Positions 8,763 through 17,100 of a stretch of DNA of 64,000 nucleotides are shown here, in pieces. A program made the translations under genes and the position numbers. A model generated the notes under the pieces. The model searched no databases and was not told the origin of the DNA. It saw only the letters and a program-made list of their open reading frames with translations. Source of the stretch: an uncultured bacterium (GTDB lineage Bacteria; Hydrogenedentota; CAZGCA01); NCBI GenBank assembly GCA_964524145.1, contig CAZGCA010000005.1:31038-95037 (forward strand), given 5' to 3'. Each line of letters opens with the position of its first letter. Positions within the stretch are counted from its first letter, which is position 1.

Positions 8763-9307
8763 AGGAAGGCGGGCTGTTTCTAGCGAAGTTTCTGGTCTTT
8801 GCAGCGATCAGCCTTGCAGTCTTCAGCTTCGCGCTGAAACCGTACGCCTATGTTCTTATGTACGTGAGCGATGCGGCGGGCCGTGTAGCGATGGGGTACG
8901 ATATTTCTGAGCGACGGGTTGAGGGCAGCGGCGTCGGCACTGAGATAACGTTTGTTTATCGCGATGAGACGCGGCGGTTGCCGGCAGGGATAGTGGCGAT
9001 AAACGTGCCGCCGTTCTTGGCGCTCATACTTGCCGACCGCAAGTTACGGTGGCGCGAGAAACCGTTGACTCTTGGAATCGGGATGCTCGTGCTGTTTGCA
9101 AGCCACGTGCTGCTCGTATTTCTGGCTCTTGTGCTGGCGACGTCATTTCGCATTGTGGGCTCAAGCGGACTGGCCCAGGGAGTGGGTACCGTCACGTTGG
9201 CCCTGCCGTTCGTGTTGTGGATATTGCTAGTGCGTCGGGACATGATTTCGCGTGGATTCACCAAGAACGGAGACAAGACGGAGCGTGCAAATGAAGCTGG
9301 TGCGTAA
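8759..9307 (+). CDS. Polytopic membrane protein, possibly the functional partner or other half of the exosortase-like protein
   Basis: 4-5 predicted TM helices and no recognisable motif. Its start overlaps the upstream stop. Confidence 0.35.
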   Translation: MKEGGLFLAKFLVFAAISLAVFSFALKPYAYVLMYVSDAAGRVAMGYDISERRVEGSGVGTEITFVYRDETRRLPAGIVAINVPPFLALILADRKLRWREKPLTLGIGMLVLFASHVLLVFLALVLATSFRIVGSSGLAQGVGTVTLALPFVLWILLVRRDMISRGFTKNGDKTERANEAGA

Positions 9308-10241
9308 TGTGGTTGTGACGGCTGTTGTGGCTACCTGTCTGTGGCACGTGCCGGCGAACGCGGTCTGGGTGTGGACGCCCGAAACGGGCCGCTGGATAAA
9401 CCCCGCACGGCAGCCGCGGGCGACCCCTGAAGAGCAGCTGAATTACGCGCGCCAGCTCACCCGGAACGGCGACTACGACGAGGCGCTTGAGCAATTCGAG
9501 CGGTTTTTCGAGTTTTACGGCGATACCGATATAGCCGACCGGGCGCAGTTCGAGAAAGCCCAGTGTCTCGAGTCGGCGGGCGAGCATCTTGAAGCGAGTC
9601 GCGAGTACCAGAAAGTCATTGCCAACTGGCCCGATACCAAGCTATTCAGCGAAGTAATCGCCAAGGAGTATGAGATTGGGGACCGGTTCTACGAGCTTGC
9701 CCGGGAGGACAAAGACAAGTTCTTCCTGTTCCGGAACCGCAATCTGAAGCGGGCGGTCGAGGTGTACAACCAGGTGATTGAGAACCAGCGTTACACAGAG
9801 GAAGCGGCCGAAGCGCGGTACAAGATCGGGTTATGCTACTTCTCCCGAGGCCGCTACGATGACGCTCGTTTCGAGTACGACGACCTACTCGAGCAGTATC
9901 CCGCGAGCAAATGGACCCCGTTAGCGCTTTACGGGCTCGCCATGTGCAGGTACCACGGAGTGATGCCCGCAGTCTACGACCAGGAAAGGACCGAGGAAGC
10001 GCTTACGGCGTTTCAGCGGTTTGTTGATGAGTACTCCGACAACCCGCGAGTCCCGGACGCCAAGGTGAAAATACTCGAACTGCAGGAAATCGTAGCGGAG
10101 AAGAAGTTCAGGATCGCCGAACACTACCTCAACCGCGGCCGCGAGAACTCCGCGAAGATGTATTTTCTTGCGGTGCTCGAGGACTATCCGGAGACCAGCT
10201 GGGCGGAGCGTGCCCGGCCGTTTCTCGAGGAGTCGGAATGA
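9291..10241 (+). CDS. TPR-repeat outer-membrane lipoprotein, BamD/YbgF-like
   Basis: Signal peptide MKLVRNVVVTAVVATC followed by several TPR-like repeats (YKIGLCYFSRGRYDDARFEYDDLLEQYP...). It lies immediately upstream of an lptE-like gene and holA. Confidence 0.5.
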   Translation: MKLVRNVVVTAVVATCLWHVPANAVWVWTPETGRWINPARQPRATPEEQLNYARQLTRNGDYDEALEQFERFFEFYGDTDIADRAQFEKAQCLESAGEHLEASREYQKVIANWPDTKLFSEVIAKEYEIGDRFYELAREDKDKFFLFRNRNLKRAVEVYNQVIENQRYTEEAAEARYKIGLCYFSRGRYDDARFEYDDLLEQYPASKWTPLALYGLAMCRYHGVMPAVYDQERTEEALTAFQRFVDEYSDNPRVPDAKVKILELQEIVAEKKFRIAEHYLNRGRENSAKMYFLAVLEDYPETSWAERARPFLEESE

Positions 10242-10795
10242 ACCGAACTCGTCTCGTGTTAGGTCTAGCAGCGTTGCTCTTGGTGGCGGGATGCGCGTAC
10301 ACGACCACGAGCTCGCTCCCGGCCCGTTACCGGACCATACACGTTCCCGCATTCAAGAGTTCGGTCAGGGAGTACGATCTGCAGGCCGGCCTGACCAACG
10401 CTGTGAGACGAACGTTCCTCAATGACGGCAGGTTGCGTGTTGTCAATGAGGACGAAGCCGACCTCATTCTGCGGGGCGAGATAATCCAGTGCGAGATCGA
10501 GCCGATAACGTACGACAGGGATGACGTGCCGGCGCAGTTACGGGTACGGGTGGTTGCCAAAGTTGACCTGTATGACCCCGATACAGACGAAACGCTATGG
10601 TCAGAGAACCGTATGGAAGGGACGAGCAGCTTCATCGTGCGCGGACGGGCACGGGCCGTTCGACCCCGCGGCCAGACGGACCTCTCGGTCTCGAGCATCG
10701 ACTCCTTTCCGTCCGCGAACCAGGGCGAAGGCACGGCGGAGGCTATCGACGACCTTGCATCAACTATCTTCTACCGCACCGTCGAGTACTGGTAG
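10238..10795 (+). CDS. lptE: LPS-assembly lipoprotein LptE-like
   Basis: Lipobox LLVAGC; about 180 aa. The conserved lptE-holA adjacency known from Proteobacteria is present. Confidence 0.5.
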   Translation: MNRTRLVLGLAALLLVAGCAYTTTSSLPARYRTIHVPAFKSSVREYDLQAGLTNAVRRTFLNDGRLRVVNEDEADLILRGEIIQCEIEPITYDRDDVPAQLRVRVVAKVDLYDPDTDETLWSENRMEGTSSFIVRGRARAVRPRGQTDLSVSSIDSFPSANQGEGTAEAIDDLASTIFYRTVEYW

Positions 10796-10831
10796 GGCCG
10801 GCTGCGACCCTGACGGCGCTCACCCATCGAC

Positions 10832-11869
10832 ATGACCCATACCCAGTTCATCCAGTCTATTTCGAAGGGCAAGGTGAAGCCCGTCTATCTACTCTGCGGC
10901 AATGAGCCTTTCCTGGTTGAGCACACGCTTCGACGGGCGCTGAAAGAGCTTATCCCGCCCGGAAGTGGTGACGTTGGCCTGACATCGTTTCACGCCGACG
11001 AGACGGACGACAGAACGATATTCGGCGAATGCCGCACGCTGCCGTTCCTCTCGGACCGGCGTGTGGTGGTCGTGCGAAACGCGCACCTGATTGAACAGTC
11101 CGCCCGCACCGAAGCATTCGAGACGTACCTCGGGTCGGTCAACCCGACGACCGTGCTCCTTCTCGTGTCGTCTGATATCGACAAGCGGAAGAAGTTGTAC
11201 AAAGCTGTCCGGAAGTGCGGAGATGCCGAGGCGGTCGATTGCGCGCCTCCCAAGCGGAACGAGATCCCGCAATGGATAAGGGATGAGGCGAAGGCGCGCG
11301 GGAAACGGATCGCGGCCAATGCCGTGGCGGCGTTGACGAGGAGCGTGGGAAGCGATCTTCAAGTACTGACCAACGAACTGAATAACATCAGCAGCTTCGT
11401 TGGTGAGCGCGAGACGATCGAGCGGGAGGACGTCGAGGCGGTCACCTCGGTTCAGTTTCACGAACGGGTGTTCGCGCTCTCGGATGCGATCGGCGCACGC
11501 AACGCCAAGGGAGCACTTGAAATGCTCGACGGCCTCCTCGATACGGGCGAACGGGTTGCATCGGTGCTCGGCTACATTGACCGCCACTTCAAACATCTCT
11601 ACAGGACAAGACAGCTACTCGATGGCGGCGTTCCCAGGGAGAAGCTTGCCGAGAAGATGGGTGTTCATCCTTTTTTCGCCCAGAACCTGGCCGCACAGGC
11701 AACGTCGCGATCGCTTGATGAGCTGAGCGACGTGTTCGCACCGATCGTCGTGGCCGAGCTGAGCATCAAGACGTCCGCCATGCCGGAAAGGACGGCGCTC
11801 GAGATGTTGGTGCTGCACCTCTGCGGAATAGGATGGACGCCACCTCGGAAGAGCAAGCGGAAGTTATAG
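10832..11869 (+). CDS. holA: DNA polymerase III delta subunit (HolA)
   Basis: KPVYLLCGNEPFLVEHTL N-terminal clamp-loader delta signature, 345 aa, located downstream of the lptE-like gene. Confidence 0.75.
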   Translation: MTHTQFIQSISKGKVKPVYLLCGNEPFLVEHTLRRALKELIPPGSGDVGLTSFHADETDDRTIFGECRTLPFLSDRRVVVVRNAHLIEQSARTEAFETYLGSVNPTTVLLLVSSDIDKRKKLYKAVRKCGDAEAVDCAPPKRNEIPQWIRDEAKARGKRIAANAVAALTRSVGSDLQVLTNELNNISSFVGERETIEREDVEAVTSVQFHERVFALSDAIGARNAKGALEMLDGLLDTGERVASVLGYIDRHFKHLYRTRQLLDGGVPREKLAEKMGVHPFFAQNLAAQATSRSLDELSDVFAPIVVAELSIKTSAMPERTALEMLVLHLCGIGWTPPRKSKRKL

Positions 11870-11876
11870 GACAGCT

Positions 11877-12167
11877 TTACTGTGTCGGAGCGGGCTGCCC
11901 GGGTGCCGTCGCCGTCATTTTGGCGAGGGCGGATTTCTTCCGGGCGGCGGTGTTCTTGTGAATGACTCCCTGTGCAGAAGCCTTGTCGATGGCCGAGAAA
12001 GCTTGTGTCAATGCTGCTTTGATCTTCTGCTCGTCGTTTGTCTCGACGGCGGTCTGCACCTGTTTCGCAAGGGTTTTGAGCCGCGACTTGACAGCGCGGT
12101 TGCGCACGCGATGTTCCTCGCTCTTGCGAGCGCGTTTCAGGGCCGATTTCTGTTTTGGCAAAACCAT
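11877..12167 (-). CDS. rpsT: 30S ribosomal protein S20
   Basis: KSALKRARKSEEHRVRNRAVKSRLKTLAK is the canonical S20 N-terminus. It is convergent with holA, 7 bp apart. Confidence 0.85.
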   Translation of the reverse strand: MVLPKQKSALKRARKSEEHRVRNRAVKSRLKTLAKQVQTAVETNDEQKIKAALTQAFSAIDKASAQGVIHKNTAARKKSALAKMTATAPGQPAPTQ

Positions 12168-12371
12168 TCCTCCGGGTTACCGACAAAAATGCCGAATCCA
12201 GCTACAACGTCTCGATATTGTGACGCCATGATACCACCGGGAACGACGGATGTCAACAGGAATAGTCGCTGGTTGTCAGTTGGCGGTGTCTGGCATATGA
12301 CAACCGGCGCCTGAGTTATGGGTGATTGTCACGACGTGATGCACGGTAACGGTACAGGCGGGGAAGCCGAC

Positions 12372-13961
12372 ATGCCGCGTGGCGAAGGCTCGATTGTTCG
12401 CGGGACGGCGGTCTTTGCGTCCGGGACGATGTTGAGCCGCATCTTCGGGCTTGTCCGCGATATCGTTGCAGGATATTTCTTCGCCGGACCTGCGCTCGAC
12501 GCCTGGATCGTTGCATGGCGCATCCCGAACACGTTCCGCCAATTGTTGGCGGAAGGAGCGACAAACGCGTTGTACGTTCCGGTCTTCTCGGAGTACGTCG
12601 AGAAGAAGGGCAAAAGAGCCATGCTCGACCTGGCCGGCACGATGGCCACAGTAAGCGTGATATGCCTTGCCGCGGTCACCCTGCTGGGGATAGTCTGCGC
12701 CAGGTGGCTCATCAGCCCGGTCGAGCTGCTCAGAGCGGTCAGCGGGGGCGAAGGCCCGACGGCGGAGAACTTTGCGCTGACAGTAAACCTGCTGCGCTGG
12801 ACGTTCCCGTACCTGTTTCTGATAGGAGTTGCCGCCGTGTTGACAGGCGTGCTCTACACGCAGCGCCACTTTGCGGCGCCGGCATATTCCCCCGTTCTGC
12901 TGAATGTTTCGCTGATAGCGAGCTGTTTCGCGTTGCGGAGTCAGTTCCCGCACCCTGTTTTCGCGCTGGTGGTGGGTGCGCTTATCGGCGGTGTCGCCCA
13001 GTTGGCGCTTCAATCGGCGGTTGCGGCGAACAAGGGCATCTTTCCCGTCCCGAGAGCCACGTTCGGTCATCCGGGCCTCAAGCAGATAGGCATTCTCTTT
13101 CTGCCGGTGGTCGTCACCCAAGGGGTCAACCAGGTCAACCTGCTTGTCGACACCTGGTTTGCCCATTCGTTGGGCGAAGGCAGCGTGACCAGCCTGTACT
13201 ACGCCAGCCGGCTGTATCAACTGCCTCTCGGCGCGTTTGCGGTCGCAGCCTCGACGGCCGCGTTGCCCGTCATGTCACGGCTTGCGGCCGCGAAGGATTT
13301 CGACGGGCTCGTCAAGACGTTCTCGCGGGGAGTACGGCTTGCCGCGTTCCTCTGTTTTCCTGCTGTCGCCGTGATGGTCTTCGCACCTCAACCGCTGATC
13401 AGGACTCTGTTCCAATATGGAAGGTTCAGCGAGACGCTGACGTCGCGCGCCGCATGGCCCTTGCTGTTTTACGCGCTTGGACTGGTTTCGTTTGCCTCGG
13501 TGAAGACGGCGACTTCGGCGATGTATGCGATACAACAGACAAAGCTCGCCATGGTGGCCGGCGTCGCAGGGATGCTCGCAAACATCGCACTGAATTTCGC
13601 GCTTGTCCGACACATGCAAACGGGCGGACTCGCGCTCGCCACTGCGCTCTCCTTCACGCTCAATCTCGCCATACTGTTGGCGCTGCTCAAGTGGAAAATC
13701 GGCAGCTTGGACGGGCAGCGGATCGCCGGTTCGCTCTCCAGAATGCTGGTGGCTGCCGCTGGGGCGGGTCTGGCAATCAGATTGATAACACCTCATCTCG
13801 AACGGCTTATCGGCACAACGGGCATACCGGCACGGGTAGCCGTTCTGTCTGCGCTTCTCTTGGTATGCGGCACAATGTACGTCGCCGTGTGTTGGCTGCT
13901 CCGTCTCGAGGAACCGCGAGAGATCGTTCGTCAGATACGTGAACGCCGTTCGCCCCGGTAG
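12372..13961 (+). CDS. murJ: Lipid II flippase MurJ (MviN)
   Basis: VRGTAVFASGTMLSRIFGLVRDIVAGYFFAG is the MurJ N-terminus. About 530 aa with 14 TM. It sits next to rpsT, as in many genomes. Confidence 0.85.
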   Translation: MPRGEGSIVRGTAVFASGTMLSRIFGLVRDIVAGYFFAGPALDAWIVAWRIPNTFRQLLAEGATNALYVPVFSEYVEKKGKRAMLDLAGTMATVSVICLAAVTLLGIVCARWLISPVELLRAVSGGEGPTAENFALTVNLLRWTFPYLFLIGVAAVLTGVLYTQRHFAAPAYSPVLLNVSLIASCFALRSQFPHPVFALVVGALIGGVAQLALQSAVAANKGIFPVPRATFGHPGLKQIGILFLPVVVTQGVNQVNLLVDTWFAHSLGEGSVTSLYYASRLYQLPLGAFAVAASTAALPVMSRLAAAKDFDGLVKTFSRGVRLAAFLCFPAVAVMVFAPQPLIRTLFQYGRFSETLTSRAAWPLLFYALGLVSFASVKTATSAMYAIQQTKLAMVAGVAGMLANIALNFALVRHMQTGGLALATALSFTLNLAILLALLKWKIGSLDGQRIAGSLSRMLVAAAGAGLAIRLITPHLERLIGTTGIPARVAVLSALLLVCGTMYVAVCWLLRLEEPREIVRQIRERRSPR

Positions 13962-14185
13962 CCTGCGTTAATGCCGTATCTGTTTTCCGGAGAGTAACCG
14001 TTCAGAGATGGGTGGCACGTGTAATAACAACGCACCGGAACGACTCATAAGCCATAAGCGATGCGCCGGGCTCCCTTCGTTTCCCATCATGATCAAGAAA
14101 AATTGCCTTCAAAAGCCACCTCTACGATACAATGACGGGCAAAAAGACGGCCATTATCTTGCTCCACACCGATCTGCGAAGAATC

Positions 14186-17100
14186 CTAAATAAGCGCCAA
14201 CGCCGCGTTTATTACCAACTGCACATCCAAGGCGTTTACTTGTCCGTCTCCATTCACGTCCGCGTCAAAATTGCCGATGTCTATTCCGAGTGCGGCGTTG
14301 ATCACAAGTTGTACGTCTAATGCATCTATGTGATCGTCACCGTTAATGTTGCAGTTGAAAACCGTTACGGGGTCGCTGGGGCCGGCCGCAGGGGCGAGGT
14401 TACCGGCGGCGTCTGAGGCTGTGTCAGCCCCGAGCGATATACTGAGCGTACCTCCACCGGAGATATTCGAGATAGTGACTGTACGCGTTGTATTGCCGGC
14501 GCCGGACACCGTAACAACACCATTGGCCGTATCGGTTCTGTTCAGGACAACATCGTTCCAAGTCAACACCACGTTATCGGCTTCGCCGTATGTAACCGTA
14601 TATGTAATTTCCCGGGTAGCCGTAAACTCCGCCGAAGGTTCTCCGATCGAAACCGTGGGTGGCACAGTATCGAGTACGATCGTGTCGCTGAAGCTGGTTG
14701 ACGTGTTCCCAAGCGTGTCGCGGAATTGGACATACACCGTTTTCTCGCCGTCACCGGCAGTGAGTGTCCAAGGCGTGGACGCTGAGAAATCCTCCCATTC
14801 GTCCCACGTGGTTCCATCGCTGCTCAACCGCATGTCGGCTACACCTATCCCATTTGTGCCGTCTGAGGCGGTCAGGCCGACTGTAACATCGAGAGTGTTC
14901 GTATAAGTCGCACCACTATTGATAACGATAGTCCCCGTTGGCCCTGTCGTGTCCAGGTTGATGCCATCGGTTACGGTTTGGGAAATGTTGTCAGCGGCAT
15001 CCCGGAACTGGGCGTAGACGATCTTCGGGCCATCACCTGCCGAAAGGGTCCATGTTTTGCCGGTACCGACGGCTTCCCACGAACTCCAGTTTGTGCCGTC
15101 ATTGCTAAACCGCATATCTGACACGCCGGAACCGGAACCGTCGCCCGAGCTCAAGGTCAACGTCACGTCCGACGAGCTGGTCCAGTCCGCCCCGCCGTCA
15201 ATCGTTACCGTGCCGGTAGGCGCGGTGGTATCCAACGAGATCGTGTCTGTCGCGGTGGCCGACACGTTGCCGGCGTTGTCTTTGAACTGTGCGTAAACTG
15301 TCTTCCCTTCATCAAACGCGTAAAGGGTCCACGTTTTGCTGGTTGCGACTGTTTCCCACGAACTCCAATCTGAGCCATTGTTGCTGAACCGCATCTGGGC
15401 TACGCCGGACCCATTGCCATCGCTATACGCCAACGCGAGCGTAACGTTTCTGCTATCGGTCCACGCGGCTCCCCCGTTAATTGTTATGCCACCGGTAGGC
15501 GGCACGGAGTCCACCGTTACTGAAGCGCCCGTCGCCGCATTGGCGTAACCCCCGGCCGTATCCCAGGCTGTTCCTGCCGCAACCTCGATATGCAGACGCC
15601 CTTCACCCCAACAGTTGGTCAGCGTTACCGTGCGCGTCGTGTTGCCGTCACCCGACAACTCGACCGTCGCGCCCGCGGCATTTTCCGGAGCGGAAACCAG
15701 GGTAACATCGGCCGCTTCGAGCAAGATATCCGTCGCCCCCTCGTAAGTAAGGATATATTCCACCGGCCCGGAGGCCGTGGCTGTCGGCACGGGTCCCGTA
15801 ATCGTCAGTACCGGCGGCGTGTTGTCCACCGTGAACGTGCCGCTTGGCCCGATTGCCGGAGCGGTTGTGCTGCCCGCGTATGTCGCCGTGCCCGCAGCAA
15901 TAGTAATGCCGAGCGTCCCGTCTCCCGTTATGTTGCTTATGACGATCTTCTTCGCCAACGGTTCAGCCGTATCCTCGACCGTTACCGTCCCGTTGGCCGT
16001 GCCGGTCTTGTTCAAAGTGACGTTTCCAGCCGCCAGATTGACGCTGGTCGCGCCCGGATAGGTCACAGTGTAGTATACCGGCCCCGATTTCGTAATGGTC
16101 TCCGAAGGCGCGCTCAAGCCCACCATCTCGTCACCCACAACTATCGTATAGTCGCCCTGAGCCGACAGGTTGCCGTGTACGTCCTGCGAGACGATATGGA
16201 AATAGTAGACCCCGTCCGGTTTCCCGAACTCATTCCACGTGTAAAGGTCCGTGCTGTCCGGCGATACCGCCGTCACAGTTGTCGATACGGTCTGATCGAA
16301 AGCAAGATGGAACTTGGGCGTACCCGTGGCGAACGAGTCCGGATCGGTCCAGGCAAACCCTATGTTGCTGGTGTTTGATGTCGGGATAACCTGCACGTGC
16401 GGCGGCCGTGCCTCGCGGATGCGCACCGCAAAATGTGTCGGCGCCGTCAGGTGGCCGCAATCGTCCGTCGCAATCAGGTGCAGGAAATACCGGCCCAGCG
16501 AAAGATTGGTCACCTCGAGCGTCGCCTCCGCCGTGCTCGTGCTGCCCGCCGTCGGCACGCTATAGGGGCTGCGATCCCACACGTAGTAGTAGGGCGCGCC
16601 GGAAGCCGGTGCGGGCGTCCACGCCAACGCCACGTCCCGGGCGGCATACGCCGTGTGCGGGTCCACGTGCGTGCTCGATGTCACCACCGGCCCCGGTGTC
16701 GCGCCGACCGTCACCTTGCGTTCCGCCACAGGAGACAGGTAGCCCCACGTGTCCTCGCTCTGGACCAGAAACCAATGGACGCCGGATTCCACACAACCGA
16801 ACGTTACGCTCGTTTCCGTGGTTGTCGTCGAGGGCGTAGCGCCTTCGCTCGTCCCCCAGGCGTACCAGTACTTCACCACGTCCGGCACACCGCCGTCGGT
16901 CCACTCGAACGTTACCTCGACCCCGGAACCGCGCGTGTTCTCGTCAGGATGTGTCGGAGAAGACACTACCGGCGGTGCGTCGGTGACAATGAACTTATAA
17001 TGCGCCGGCGCGCTCAAAGTCCCCGCCGCGTCCATGGCGACCACGTGGAACCAGTAGGTGCCGGGGGCAAGGCCCGGCGTTATCGTAATGAGTGCAGATT

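Noticed and set aside
12276-13942. Long ORFs antisense to or out of frame with murJ (12276..13220 minus, 12515..13942 plus)
   Set aside because: They lack motifs and overlap a gene with clear MurJ signatures. Such ORFs are a typical artefact of high-GC, stop-codon-poor DNA.
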